Shown here: piece by piece, positions 34,167 through 46,994 of the stretch
How positions within the stretch are numbered: position 1 is the first letter of the stretch
Layout: each line of letters starts with the position of its first letter
Assembly (NCBI GenBank): GCA_044892505.1
Contig: CM097882.1
Span: 331,514,001-331,578,000 of the forward strand
Direction of reading: 5' to 3'
DNA length: 64,000 nucleotides
Source of the DNA: Schmidtea nova
Taxonomy: Eukaryota
The notes under the pieces: generated by a model
What the model was told of the DNA's origin: nothing
Database searches by the model: none
What the model saw: the letters and a program-made list of their open reading frames with translations, nothing else
Made by a program: the position numbers and the translations under genes

Positions 34167-35972
34167 TTAATTTTTTTGTGCAAATTGAATGTTGATGGAC
34201 GGTTTGTATTTTTTTATGTAAAAAGTCTCGGAAGCTAATCTTTGTAATGAATTTTTGAATCCCTCTTGTAGAATCTGGCATTTTGTTTCTTCTATAGATG
34301 GAGTTGTTTTATGTACTTTCTCCCAGTGTTCGTAATAATTACTGGTTTTGTTTTTAGTGTGTTCATTAAGTCGGGTGCGAAAAGTTCTATGTGTTTCTCC
34401 TATGTAAGTAGCGTCACATTTTTGACAAGAAAGTTTATATACTATATTTTTGGAAAAGCAAAAACATCGGGTTGTGGAACGGCAAAGACATTTATGTTTG
34501 GAGATGTTGGAAATTGGTGGCTTTCGGAGTTGTGATTTTAACGGTGCGGAGGTTATGAACGTTGGACGGATGTGGATAGGCAAATCTGTTTGATTAAAAA
34601 TGTTGGTGATTTTGTTTGCTGTAGTGTCATTTAGGAAAGGTAATCTTAGATATGTTGTGTGTTTGTTATTGTTATTGTGTTTCTGGCGTTTCCTATTGTT
34701 GCGTTTATTGTGGTATGGTTCGTTAAGGAAGTGTTTCTTTACAAAGTCTTCAGGGTATCCATTTTGGAGGAATCGTATTTTGAAGTTTTCTAATGTTTCT
34801 TGTATTTTGTTTGAGTCTGAACAGTTTCTTATGGCTCTTTTTCTTTCTCCTATTAGTAATGCGATTTTGCGTTGAAGTGGAACGTAGCTTTTCCATGGGA
34901 GGATATGACCACTATGTAAACTTTTAGAATATAGCTCGGTGTTTGCATTTAGTGTATCTTGGCCTTTTGTGAAACTTACCATGGTATCTAAAAACGGTAT
35001 TTTACCTTCTGTGTTCGGTGTTTCAAAAGTGAATTGTATGTTGGTGTTAGTAGAATTTGCGTGTGATAGGATTTGATTGAGAGGGATTGTGGAGACTATG
35101 AAGATGTCGTCGATGTATCGTTTCCAGAAAAGTATTTTGTCCCCAAAAAAAGATATGATCTTAGATTCTATAAAGTTCATGTAGAAGATGGCTAAGATGG
35201 GAGAAAGGTTATTACCCATGGCTAATCCATGAATTTGTTTGAATGGTTTTTCTTTAATTATGACAGTATCTGAATTTATTGCTAATTTTAGAAGTTCTAT
35301 AAAGTCTTGTTTAGTTAAGTCTGCGAGGTCAGTATTGGCTTTATGAGTTTCAAAGAAAGAAGCTGCGATATCGAAAATGTTATTCTCTCCGTGAAGAGGA
35401 ATAGATCCGTAAAGATTGGAAACATCAAGAGATCCCCAGAAGTACTGTTGTCCTGCGTTTAACGGAAGAGACGTATTTGTAATTTCGGAGACGAATTCAG
35501 TTGTGTTTTTAAGATGAGAAGGAACCAAAGGCAAAAGTGTTTTTAGGATTTCTGAAAGAACTTTAGAAAGTGTTGTGGAAGGAGTGTCAACTGCGGATAC
35601 AAGAGGTCTGCCTTTTAAAGGACTTTTGTGGTCTTTAGGTAACATAGTCATATTACTAGGTAAGGGCTCACTACAGTTGCATTTTAAAAGTAAATCTTTG
35701 ATTTGAAGGTTGATTTGTTTATTTGCAAGTGTTGACAGTTTCTTATTGTATAAAATCTGAGTCGATGCAGGTAGGATTATTTTGTTTATCGGTTCATAGT
35801 TCGAGAGATGTTCTTCAAATAGAGTATTGTATTGTTCTGTGTCAAGGGCAATTAGTCGATTTGTTTTATCTGATGGAAGAATTGTGAAGTCTTTGGAATT
35901 CTTAATTTTCTTTATGTTTGAAGTGAAAGAATTTTGGGTTGAGCAATGTTTTTCAAGAAAGATAATTTGTTC
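34167..35972 (-). CDS. PLE reverse transcriptase + GIY-YIG endonuclease (frame open ~600 codons)
   Basis: ILPSDK, GRPLVSAV, SLDVSNLYGSIP, GLAMGNNLSPILA, WKRYIDDIF, IPFLD, NIVYKLSCQKCDATYIGET, RLNEH, ETFYIKKYKPSIN. Cys-rich linker CLCRSTTRCFC. Confidence 0.93.
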   Translation of the reverse strand, partial: EQIIFLEKHCSTQNSFTSNIKKIKNSKDFTILPSDKTNRLIALDTEQYNTLFEEHLSNYEPINKIILPASTQILYNKKLSTLANKQINLQIKDLLLKCNCSEPLPSNMTMLPKDHKSPLKGRPLVSAVDTPSTTLSKVLSEILKTLLPLVPSHLKNTTEFVSEITNTSLPLNAGQQYFWGSLDVSNLYGSIPLHGENNIFDIAASFFETHKANTDLADLTKQDFIELLKLAINSDTVIIKEKPFKQIHGLAMGNNLSPILAIFYMNFIESKIISFFGDKILFWKRYIDDIFIVSTIPLNQILSHANSTNTNIQFTFETPNTEGKIPFLDTMVSFTKGQDTLNANTELYSKSLHSGHILPWKSYVPLQRKIALLIGERKRAIRNCSDSNKIQETLENFKIRFLQNGYPEDFVKKHFLNEPYHNKRNNRKRQKHNNNNKHTTYLRLPFLNDTTANKITNIFNQTDLPIHIRPTFITSAPLKSQLRKPPISNISKHKCLCRSTTRCFCFSKNIVYKLSCQKCDATYIGETHRTFRTRLNEHTKNKTSNYYEHWEKVHKTTPSIEETKCQILQEGFKNSLQRLASETFYIKKYKPSINIQFAQKN

Positions 35973-35999
35973 TCAATGGGATGATGAAGTAAATTATGA

Positions 36000-36334
36000 G
36001 TAATAAAAATAATTTCAAAACCCTTGTATCTAACGATCTTTGAAAAATAATAATTAAAATCATTTTCTTTATTTGCTATCGAAGTCATAAATTATAATCA
36101 CATCACCGCTTCGAAATCTAGCGGACCAAATTTTATCGACCATTTATTATCTTCATTTTGATTTTATAGAATTGATCTTGAGTCATTCCATGTTCATCAC
36201 TAGCTACCTCATGTCAATATATCTTGTTAAATTTTGATTTGAACAATTTTGATTGAAATTATCTACAAACAAATAAAGATTTTCCATTTTCACTTAGACC
36301 GACAAATTGATAAACTATCATTTCTTAATTCCAT
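36000..36334 (-). pseudogene. Packaging ATPase remnant, paralog of 9573
   Basis: Starts MELRND, then VYQFVGLSENGKSLFV (decayed Walker A) and RFRSGDVIII...FSKIVRYKGFEIIFI. Confidence 0.75.
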
Positions 36335-36426
36335 TTTCAGAATATTACTTGTTTATTGATATTTTGATATTTGTTTTAATTTATTATTATACTTTTCTAA
36401 AAGTCATTTGAAAAATAATTAGTCAA

Positions 36427-36870
36427 ATAACTTTAAGCAACATAAATTTCAAAGGAAAATGTTCTGTTTTTCAAATGAAATTTCAAAAAGGTAAACCACA
36501 ACAAATTGTAAATAGGAGCGGCAAGTATCAATATTATGTAGAATAATGAGATGTAAATAATCACTTAAATCTGAAGATTTATTATATGAAATGAGTTATT
36601 TGCAAGTACAAACAATTATAGTTACTACAGATATTCAAACATTTCAATTTACATGAATTACCACGAAATCTTACATGTTTTTATGAACCATAAATATTTC
36701 CGGCATTGAGATATATAAAGTATAACTCTTTATGTGTCAACATATTTAACAGTGGTAAGGTCGTTATACTTGGTAAAAAACATTTAACTATCATGTTTTG
36801 GTTGACAAAATTATTAACGACATCAAATCGATGATTGATGACGTGGAACTTTTTAATTTAATATTATTTA
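36427..36870 (+). pseudogene. TBP-like gene remnant, paralog of 9130-9516
   Basis: TLSNINFKGKCSVFQMKFQKGKPQQIVNRSGKY ... FYEP*IFPALRYIKYNSLCVNIFNSGKVVILGK ... VDKIINDIKSMI. Confidence 0.82.
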
Positions 36871-37139
36871 TTACATAATTACGTATTTAAATACTTGTTT
36901 TCCATTGGATATAGATATATATATATATATATATATATATGATGAGTCATGTGCAATACAAATGTACGAATATGATTGGTTTCAGACAAACAATGACGAG
37001 TATAAATAACAGCACAAAATTAGTCGTAAACATAAATTGTAATCTGTTTTCCGAAGCCAATCAAAAAATAATTACAAGAAGTTATGTCATATGAGACGAA
37101 TAAAAATATATTTAAAAGTAAACTTTGCTATGAAAGACC

Positions 37140-38010
37140 TCGGCGTTGATCAAATCAGCATGTGAGCGGCTCCTGCAACAACTAATCCCGTTTTGCATTT
37201 ACTCTGGTTCACTGAGTTGATAGAAGACCATCTCTCACTTCGCTTCTTTCTATTGGTTGGTTTTTAGGGAGTTATTTCTCAATTATTGACATCGCCTCTC
37301 CTTGCTTAATAAATTTACTCTTGTTCCGGTAATCCCCTTATTAAACTAACAGAAATAAAGAATTTAATTAAAACACAGAAAATCGAGTTATTGACGATCA
37401 CGTTCTCCTCAATATAAGCGAATGACTTTGGCTAATAATTGAAATTTCGTCAACTCATCCAGCCTTGACACTTTGGAAGATAATTGTCCGGAGACGGCTT
37501 GTTCCTGTTGACGTCTTAGGCGGCGACGTTGACGAGCACCGAGACGATTTCTTTGAATTGGAGGGAGACTGATTAATTATATCGGGAGAGGACTCTTCGT
37601 TATGATCTTTGTTCGGTGCAGTGATCTACGGGTTGTGTGTAAGTGGGCGAGTTTGGTTCTGTAGCGTTGTCGCTACGAAATCTCGGCTTATTGCTTTTTG
37701 GGCCGTTGCGACGTTCCAGTCGCACCGTAACTAACTCCAATTGTATGTCAGTTACCGCCATCAATGCTCTCTTGGTTTTTATTACCTGCTAACGCATTTG
37801 CTGAGGCGTAAAATAGAGATTCTCTAGTGTCTGGATACGCCACTTCAGTTTCTCAATTTCGTTATCGAAGTTTTTTTGGCTGGATTGACGCGCGTATGTG
37901 CATAACGATATTGGCATACCTGTTGGGATCATTGGAATACGTGGCATATTATCAGAAATAAACATAGTACCGTCGAGAAAGAGTTGTTGAGGGTTTAACA
38001 CCCCGTTAAG
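37140..38010 (-). other. GC-elevated island with orphan ORF remnant
   Basis: EIEKLKWRIQTLENLYFTPQQMR*QVIKTKRAL... and an Arg-rich RLGARQRRRLRRQQ in a shifted frame. Confidence 0.45.
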
Positions 38011-38529
38011 AAAAAAAAATAAAATAACGCTCAGTTCTCAAATATTCACTATAACAGAGCAATTATAAAAATATTTCCTCTTAAATTCGGTCAACATTTG
38101 AACCTGAAAATGCCACTGAATTAATATTTAATTTCTTTACACTAGACTTTAAGGATTTACATTTCTCTCGTTAATTTCTGCCATGATGAACATAAATCCA
38201 ATGTGAGAAACAAGCAAATGGAGGTTATTATAAATGGAGGTTTTGTAATAAAAAAGGTTCGGTGGAAATATTGTTATACAAAAAAGAAAATTTCAATCAA
38301 ATAAAGAGATAAAATATATTATAAAAATAATAATTAAAATGTGATCAGCAGCAATAATTATTTTTATCATCCTGCTTTGTATAATCTTCTAATCTGACTG
38401 TTTGGCCATGAGAAGAAATATGAGGAGTTAAGGAAACTATAGTATCAACTAATGAAAAGAATGCTTCTTCGACATTTTCAGAAGTTTTGGCACTAGTTTC
38501 TATAAACTGCATTTCGTTTTGTTCAGCGA

Positions 38530-39305
38530 ATTCCTAGAAAAATAAATATATTACATACGCAAGGATGAACCGTATGAGACAGAGATTTATAGAAAACCAA
38601 CTGATACTGGTCTTTATACTTCTCCAGAAAGATTTTGTGGGTTTAAATATATGAGAAATGTGGTAAAAGAATTGACTTATCAAGATGATTCATGGTGTTT
38701 ATCCTCTAATTTCAAAAATAAACTAGTGGAAAGAATGCCTACTCAAAACGATCTTTGGTGATGAGAGAGAGAGGATTGATAAGTGTATAAATAATCCCAA
38801 GGATCCTTGTAGGCAGGAATGTAATAATACTGATAATTCGAATGATATAATGAATTGCAGTATTGGATCTATCAAACAAGAAAATCCTAAATACACGATG
38901 GTATTGCCGTATTCGGAGGGGTTTAAAGAGTATAAAAGGAAGATAGGAAAGCAATTCATCGGTCTAAACTTTAGGATTGTCTCTAATTCGTGCAAAGTGA
39001 GTAGTATGTTTGTTAATAAGTCACAAACTCCGATTGGATTGCGTTCAGATTTCGTTTATTAATTTTCATGTAATGGAGACTGCTCGTCATTTCTGTACTC
39101 GAGTTCTTGAGCATGGTCGACCGAAAGGAATGTCCAATATCAGTGATCATAATAAAATCTGTAAAAGAAAGATTGGCATGGCTGATTTTAAAATCTTAAT
39201 AATCATTATGAACGCATTATATGTGAAGCGTTGTTGATAAGAGCTTTAAATCCTAAAATTAATGTGCAGAATGCTGTGAACACGTGTATTTTGAATGTTT
39301 TTTAA
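38530..39305 (+). pseudogene. Penelope-like element 3' fragment (thumb + GIY-YIG)
   Basis: YETEIYRKPTDTGLY, MVLPYSEG, FVNKSQTPIGLRSDFVY*FSC, RVLEH, LLIRALNPKINVQ. Confidence 0.82.
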
Positions 39306-39735
39306 AAGTTTGTGTGTTAGTATGTGTGTTTTGTTGTATTAATTAAATTAAATGATGAAATTAGTTTTGTTAAAATTTAATAAATAATTTTTTTAAATAT
39401 TTTAGAAATTTAAAAACAATTGTAAATATACTCGTGTATAAGTCGGAAAATTTTGGGCAAAATCAGACAATTTTTTTTCAATTCGACCTATACACGAGCC
39501 ATAGAAAAATTGTAATTATTATTTTTCTAAAAAAGTTTTAAAAATGAGTTTTTAATCAAATTTTTAAAAATTAAATTATTGAATTCAATTACCGAATTCG
39601 ATAAAATTCAATCTATCGAAAAAAATTAATCGGAAATATTGCAAGAAATAAAAACAGTAATTGGAAATTATTCAACAAAGCAACTTATTATGGTTACCAT
39701 TACCATTACGTTACAAAAGTTAATCATATTTAAAA

Positions 39736-40496
39736 ATGAAAAGAAAAAGGAATTCATATGCAGCTGGATTTAAGTTACGAGTTGTAGAGCTTGCTGAAAT
39801 AAACGGAAACTCAAAAGCTGCCAGAGAAAATAACATCGCTGAAAAGCTAGTTCGAGATTGGCGAAAAACAAAAGAGAGCTCACTGAAATACCAAAAACTA
39901 AATGTGCAAGACGAGAAAAGATGCCACGATTTTCGGATTTAGAAAATTAGATTAATGAATGGGTTTTGAGCAACGACAAAGTGGATTCATATAATCACAA
40001 GAGGATCCATTCGTTTTCGCGCCCGTCAATTAAAAAAAGTGAGAAGTATCAAAATCTACCAGATATTTCTACATTCAAAGCTTCATCTGGATGGTGCTCA
40101 AGGTTTATGAATCTAAATTCATTAACACTCAGGCAGAAAACTAAGATTGCTCAGAAACTTCCAGCTGGGGGTCTCACATCTGTTCTCCAGACATTAGATG
40201 TGTGTCTCAACAAACCTTTTAAAGATCGACTTCGCAAGAAGTGGACAGAGTGGATGAGTTCAGGTTCCGCAACTCTAAGAAAGGGTGGAAATATGCAGAA
40301 ACCAGACATCGCTCTTGTTCCTGCCTGGGTTGATGAGGCTTGGAAATCGATCCCCGAAGAAATGATCAAGCATTCATTTCTAAAATGTGGCATCAGCAAT
40401 GCTATGGATGGATCTGAGGATGATAATTTGTTCTTAGAAGATTCTGATGACCAGGAAGATGTTGAAATTTACTCTGAAGATAATGATCACATAGAT
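39736..40496 (+). pseudogene. pogo transposase, frameshifted, DDE core largely deleted
   Basis: SYAAGFKLRVVELAE (HTH), FKASSGWCSRFM, QKLP joined to AGGLTSVLQTLDVCLNKPFK, SFLKCGISNAMDGSED. Confidence 0.88.
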
Positions 40497-41820
40497 CAGG
40501 GGTGGCCAACAAGTCGATCGCGAGGCCAATTTTGGTCGATCGTCAATCTTTCGCAATGTTTGGGGTAGAATTCCGTTTACTGCAGTGACTTTGAAGCGAT
40601 TTTAGAAGACAAACCTTTGTATTAATAGTTGATTGTATTCTGGGAACTTGCCAATTTCATGAACACCTAGAATTCTGACAACCAGACACTGTTATATCCG
40701 CTCACCCAGAACAATACATTTTGAATATGTGTTACATTGTCAAAGGACAAAACGCGCGAACGCAAAAGTTACAACTCGACTCATCGAAGAATACAGTCAG
40801 TTAGCTTGAATATTTGGTATTGCCATACGGTAGCTTCTTTTCTTTTGTATTAACTGTGTCATTATCAAGTAATATTATTTATCCTCGGTGACCACGTTGG
40901 ATTTCAATTTTTCTTCTGTTTAAAATCTAATTCCATTTTCTTTGTTTTAAATTAAATTGCTTTTCTTACCTATCTATTTACTTGATAAGTGAGCATTCTA
41001 GGCAACAGATCTCTAAACTGCGGTGATTAACACTGAGAATAATAATGAACAGTATTAAAAAAATATTAAGAATAACAGTAATGCTATCTAAAGTAACTGA
41101 GACTAGAGGTGTCGACATATTTAAAGCCTTTAAAACCTTGCTCTATGATTTGAAAGTACCCCTTTTCAAATTAGTCTCAATAACAACGGATGGTGCAGCT
41201 GCAATAATAGGTTGCAAAAATGGATTTATAGCCCTATGTCGAACTGAAGATGAATACCCAGCCTTTTTGAGCTATCACTGTATAATTTACCAGCAAGTGT
41301 TAGCTAGCAAAAGACTAAACACAAAAGAGGTGATGGGCATAGCATTTATAATTGTTAATTCAAATCGAGGAAGTTCCCTCAAACGGCGTCTCTTCCAACT
41401 GCAGCTCGGTGAAGGCCAACCTGAATTATTACTACATAGAGGTAAATTTCTGCAGCGATTTCGTGATTTATTGCCTGAAGTTATAGATTTTCTTCATGAA
41501 CAAGCTGAAAACTGTGAAAATTTTAAGGATGAAACTTGGCTTAGTGACTTGGTATTTATTACCGATTTTACTTCAATATTAAGTCATTTAAATTTAGAAT
41601 TACAGGGTAAAAATAAAATAGTAATTGATATGATCAGCTGCATAGTATGCATTTGCATATCGACCATATTGACATTCAAAACAATACAATATATATTGAA
41701 TTTCCTATATTGAATTTTAAAACAATATTCAAAATAGCCAATATTTCATATTGAATTTCAAAACAATATTCAATATATATTGAATTTCAAAACAGTATTC
41801 AATATATATTGTTTTTGTCA

Positions 41821-41905
41821 ATATATTGATTTGTTCAATATATTGATTTGTTCAATATATTGATTTGTTCAATATATTGATTTGTTCAATATATTGATTT
41901 GTTCA
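41821..41905 (+). repeat. 5 x 17 bp tandem repeat (subterminal)
   Basis: Five perfect copies of atatattgatttgttca. Confidence 0.95.
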
Positions 41906-42625
41906 ATAAACTGATATGCTCAATAAACTGAAATGTTCAATATTTTGAAATGTTCGATGTATCAAAATGTTTTCTTCACTGAAATGTTTCATTATTTGAA
42001 ATATTTTATAAACTGAAATGTTGTAAAGTAAATATATTTTTTTAACTGTTAAGTCTGATAAACTTTTATTTTTGACAGACTGATATATTTGATAATTCAA
42101 AATGTTTCATAAATAAATATTTGTAAACCGATATGTTTGTAAAACAATTTTAAACCATATGTACTTTTTGGCGCCAGGTACCTTATACTTTAGTAAAATA
42201 TTCAATTAATTTAAGATTTAACTTAAGTTAATGAAAAAGATTTAATTTGTGTAATTGTCATAAAATATATTTTTTTTTTGTTTATTAAATTAAATTTTAA
42301 TTATTATAGAAGGTTTGAAACATTTAATTTATTTGAATTAAGATTATTTGATGAATCTATTTTTAGAAAATAATCATACCATTTTTGAACTTCTCAGAGG
42401 ATTGATCTTCGTAAGTTATATAAATTTTTATAGGGGCCCATTTTTTTAAATAATTATTCTTATAGTTATAAAATAACATTTTTTAAAGAAACATTAACAG
42501 ATTTAATTGATTTTGAATTAATATTACCCCATATTGAAATTATTTTATTACAATTTGAATAATAAAACAACAATTGAAATTAAAACAATATTATTAATAG
42601 TTTTTTCTAATTCCAGAAAGTCAAG

Positions 42626-44819
42626 ATGGTTAGTGTATGGTGGAAACACTTTGAAGCCAAGAAGGATGGCAAAGATCTACCTGTCAAAGGGTTTGCTATT
42701 TGTCAGATCTGTAAAACTGAAATTAAATGTAAGAATTCAAACACAACCAACATGGCTCATCACGTAAAAACCCAACACAAGAAACAACATTTTAAAATTG
42801 AAAATGAGACAAAGTCAAAGAAAAGATTACGAGAAATCGATGCTCAAGAGCTGCAGGAAGCAATTGATGAAGTATAAGCTGTTCTTCCCAACACAAGTTC
42901 ACAAAAAATACTGTCTGAATTTGAGCAATCGTCTAAAAGGCAAAAAACAGATTCAGCTTCAAATGTTGCTTCAATCTTCAGGCCAAAGCTCAACAAATGG
43001 TCTCCAGGCGAAGCTAAGCAATTGAGGGCTGACTTGGAAGTCGCCAAATTTCTTGTATTAGCCAATCTGCCTTTTGCCTTAGTGGAGAATGAGGGTTTCA
43101 TCAAATTCCTTGACTATGCGAATCCTCATATCAACATCAAAGTTGTTTCAACATATTCAAGGTCAAAAATACCCATTCTATACAACAATGTTAAAGATGC
43201 AATGTTGGTTCAAATTAAAAAAGACTTGGAGACACTTGAGTGTTGCTTTCACTTCTGATCTCTGGACAAGTAGAGCTAATGATCCTTACATGGCATTTAC
43301 TCTACACTACATCATAGCCAGTTTTGAACTCAAAAAGTTCTTGCTGGGTTGTATTCCATTTGCTGGAAGGCATACAGGCATTAACATTGCTGAGCAATTT
43401 GATTCTGTTGTTGGTGAATTAATGTTAAGTGATGAGCTGCAGACTTACTCAGTGACAGACAATGGCTCAAACATGATTCTGGCAGCCAAAAAATCCAAGT
43501 ACATGAACAAAAGAATTGCCTGTGCAGACCACAACATCAACCTGGTTGTTACCAACACTATTAAACTTTTGGGATTGGTAATGGAAGTCATGAATGTGTG
43601 CAAAACATTATCAGCTTCCACTCACAAAAGTGTCATTAAATGTGAACGCATCAGACAAGCTTGTGCAGATACAATATACGACAGCAATCCATCGGCAGTT
43701 TCATACAAAAAAATCATTTCTCCATGTCCAACACGTTGGAACAGTCAGTGGATGTGCATGTCATCCATTGTAGATCTGCGCCGTGCTCTTGTCAAAATCA
43801 GAGATAGTACAGATAGGACAGATGACGAACTAGGAAAACTGATCCCATCAAATAAACAATTTGACATCATGGTCCAAGTTGTTAGGATATTGGGCTATTT
43901 TGCATCAATTTCTGAATTATTGTCAAGTGATAAGACATACACCATTCAAAAAATCCCTGTCACATTGTTTAATGTCAGAGCAAAGCTTGGCTTGATGAAA
44001 GTTGAGACTTATATTTCATCAGCAGATGATCTCACATTTCAGTTGCAAACTGTTGTTGAAGAATTTATTAATACTATTCTTGATGAAATGGAGAAACGAT
44101 TCCCTGACATGGGGCTTCAACAAGATGAAGTAGCTTTTGCACACTACATTGATCCCTCACATCGGGGTGTCATCCTCAAGCATGTTTCTCATTCAGAAAA
44201 TCTTGTTGATGGTGGCAATAAAATTACAAGGTACACTGAGATCTGTGCTATGATACAGAAAAAGTTTTCAACTGAAGAAAATGAACAAGCATCTGAATCA
44301 AGCGTTAGTCGACTACCTTCTTCTGAAATGGATCCAGTGGACCTACTGTTTGAAGAATGGAGGATTCAGGAGCCCACGATCCTCTCAGTTCAGGGTAGTC
44401 AAAATAGCACTGCTTTGACATCTATTGCAAAGGAAATGGAAGATTACCTATTACTAATCAAGCCACCAAAGGGAACTGATGCACTTGACTGGTGGAGAAT
44501 TCACAGTGAAAGGTTTCCATTACTTTCTTCCATGGCAAGACACTACTTGGCCATTCCAGCATCCTCAGCTTCTTCAGAAAGGACATTTTCCAAAACAGGT
44601 CAAATTGTCAACTGTCACCGAACAAATTTAGCACCTGAACAGGTGAACAAATTGATATTCATTCATGAAAACTTGAATAAAGTTTCAATTTCAAAACTGA
44701 ACTTGTATTCTGATGACAACGAGAATCAGACAAATTCAAGGGTGGATAGGGGAGAGAAATGGCCTCAAAAGATCTTCCCTGTCAATTTTTGGAGACAAAA
44801 CTCAGTTCTACTGCTGTAA
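42626..44819 (+). pseudogene. hAT transposase with BED finger, frameshifted
   Basis: WWKHF...CQICK...MAHHVKTQH (BED), FTSDLWTS, VTDNGSNM, CADH, PTRWNS, LDWW...YLAIPASSASSERTFS. Confidence 0.93.
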
Positions 44820-46947
44820 ATGTCACATATTTTTTATGATTGACGGATAAGTTGAAGTTATTTAATTTCAATTCTTATATAAAAACCGCTTTTATTTTTA
44901 TCCCAATTATAACTTGTTTTTGTAATTTTTTTTCTAAATAATTTTTTTACAGTACTTTGAAACTCTATTTTTTAAATTTTATTTTGAATTTTTCCAAAAT
45001 TTGTTAAATAATGTAAAATTTTTTTCTTGAAATTCAATACGTTCAAAATAATTTTTTTTTATTTTTTTTATTTTTTTATATTGAATATTTTTTTTTATTT
45101 TGAATTTTTTTCAAAATATTGTAAAAACTATATTGAGTTTCAAAACAATATTCAAAAGATTATTTATGTATTGAATTTCAATACAATATTCAATAAATTC
45201 AATATTTTTCATGAAATTCAATATGTTCAAAATTTTCAATTCAAAATGCAAATGTTTACTGCATAGACACATAAAACAAAATTTATTTTGCTAATAGAAG
45301 ATCTGCAACAAAATAATCTGAATCATTTTCCAAATATGGCAGATAACCAACAAAAACATAAAAATATTAAGTATAAGATCGACAAATGTGTCGTGGAAAT
45401 CCAAAAAGTAATTGAAGATTTTGAGATTAGATTCCAGGATTTTGAAAGAAATTGTGGAATTTATATCTTTTCTTTTAAAAAAGATTTAAGTGTGAAACGC
45501 ATTAGCCAAAAAATGTCAGATATATTTCATATGGATCAAAAGGCATTAGAAAATGAAATTATAATTTTACAAACTGACTTAAACTTACAAGCCAGAAAAT
45601 CAGAAGATTTTTGGAAATATGTCAACCGAGAAAAATATCCCAGTGTCACCAAATGTAGCCAATATATCTATTCTTGTTTCGGATCTACATACCTTTGCGA
45701 ATCGGCATTTTCATACTTGAAGCTAACGAAGAGTAAACAACGTTCTGTTCTGACTGATTCCCATACAGAAGACTCATTATTAATATATTTGTCAGGATAT
45801 AAACCTGATTATGATTCCTTGGTTAGAGACATGCAAACTCAGTCTTCCCATTAATGTTAATGGAACAAAGTAAATTCTAAATATGTATTTATCTGTGGCT
45901 ACTTTGAATTAATAAATATTGTTAATAGTTATCCATGTTCTTTTAACTCCCCTGGACGTGAGTTTTTTGGCCCTTTAAATAATTATCGTTGATGTTTTTA
46001 CGTAGGTAGATAAGTCGTATATCTATATTTCAGTACGAGGTGTACTTAGAGAGCTATTGATAAATTAGCAAAAATAAGTCATATTATTCTCTCGTGATAA
46101 ATTTTCTTGACCCAAAAAAACAAGAAAGTGAAATATTGTAATCAAATTATCAGCCATACTGTGCATTTTTATAACAACTTTTTTATATTTACGAACAAAT
46201 AGCACAACAACTTATACATTGCAGTTGATAAAAACCCCAAATTGCATTTTAAGTTAGTAAAAATCTATCTCGAAAAATTGTTGTAAAATCGAATTTTTTA
46301 GGTACCGCATGTACGGAATGCTGCTATCAAAAGTTGGATATGGGAATTTATTTTCTTCAGGAGTCTATATCTCGAAAACTTAATAAGTGATTTAAAAATA
46401 AAAATCTGCTGAAAAAAAAACCTTATGCTGAAACACAGTGTATAAACATAGTATGCATTTCACACCCCTTCTTCCCCCTTAAACTACGCCTATGACAATA
46501 AGTCGATCGCGACACACTTTTAAGAAAAGAAGTAGATCTTATATACAGAAAAGTTGAAGATGTTTCAGAGGAAATATACAATGAACAGTTTGATGATTAA
46601 CCAATTCAAAAACTTTTATTTGCAAAAAAAAAAAATATTTTTAGTCAATAACTTTTTGTCAATGTTTTTATCAATATTTGTATAATAAATTTTTTCAATA
46701 TTTTTTGACTAATTTTTTACATCGACCTATTCAAGGGTTTCAAATTTTGAACCAAAAAGTGACTTTAAAATTTCAATTCGACTTATACACGAGTATATAC
46801 GGTAATCATTTTAAAATTAATTTGTGGCTTGATATTTAATAAATTAAAATTATATTTTTAAATAAAATTTAAAAATTAAAATCCTTATCTAATTATATTT
46901 TATAACTTGTTTCTATAAATTGATTTTGACATAGTTTTTTGTTTTCT

Positions 46948-46994
46948 GGATACCTGAAGATGACAGGGAGTTTGTCGAAATATATAGTTCGTAT
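46948..46994 (+). ncRNA. Minimal PLE-type hammerhead ribozyme motif
   Basis: gatac-CTGAAGA-t-GACA gggagtt TGTC-GAAA-tata-TA-gttc, with palindromic ATATAT stem III. Stem I is short and bulged. Confidence 0.65.

Larger units (their letters stand above)
33962..35972 (-). mobile_element. 5'-truncated Penelope-like retroelement (PLE)
   Basis: Reverse transcriptase plus GIY-YIG ORF, followed by a 3' tail containing a hammerhead-like motif. Confidence 0.93.
32200..36870. mobile_element. Second, heavily decayed Maverick relic interrupted by a Penelope-like element and an N gap
   Basis: PolB fragment (33332-33720), ATPase remnant (36000-36334) and TBP-like remnant (36427-36870). Boundaries uncertain. 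Confidence 0.75.
41646..45258 (+). mobile_element. Ac/ZBED1-type hAT with 8 bp TSD
   Basis: TSD ctgcatag at 41638-45 and 45259-66. Imperfect 13 bp TIRs tatgcatttgcat / atgcaaatgttta. Subterminal attgaatttcaa repeats at both ends. Confidence 0.88.
41045..45854 (+). pseudogene. SPIN/GTF2IRD2-like hAT transposase split by an insertion
   Basis: SITTDGAAAIIG, YHCIIYQQVL, LNLELQGK (5' half); FGSTYLCESAFSYLKLTKSKQRSVLTD (3' half). Confidence 0.88.
40497..46550 (+). mobile_element. SPIN/Buster-type hAT inserted in the pogo; right end ill-defined
   Basis: Left terminus caggggtggccaac. Transposase in two halves, 41045-41645 and 45267-45854. Confidence 0.7.
39421..46802 (+). mobile_element. pogo/Tigger-like transposon hosting nested hATs
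   Basis: TIRs tatactcgtgtataagtcg and cgacttatacacgagtatatacgg+TA. Transposase at 39736-40496; an acidic tail resumes near 46555. Confidence 0.85.

Noticed and set aside
40560-41040. Possible LTR-retrotransposon RT scrap on the minus strand (LPYG...)
   Set aside because: No YxDD or other confirming motif in frame.
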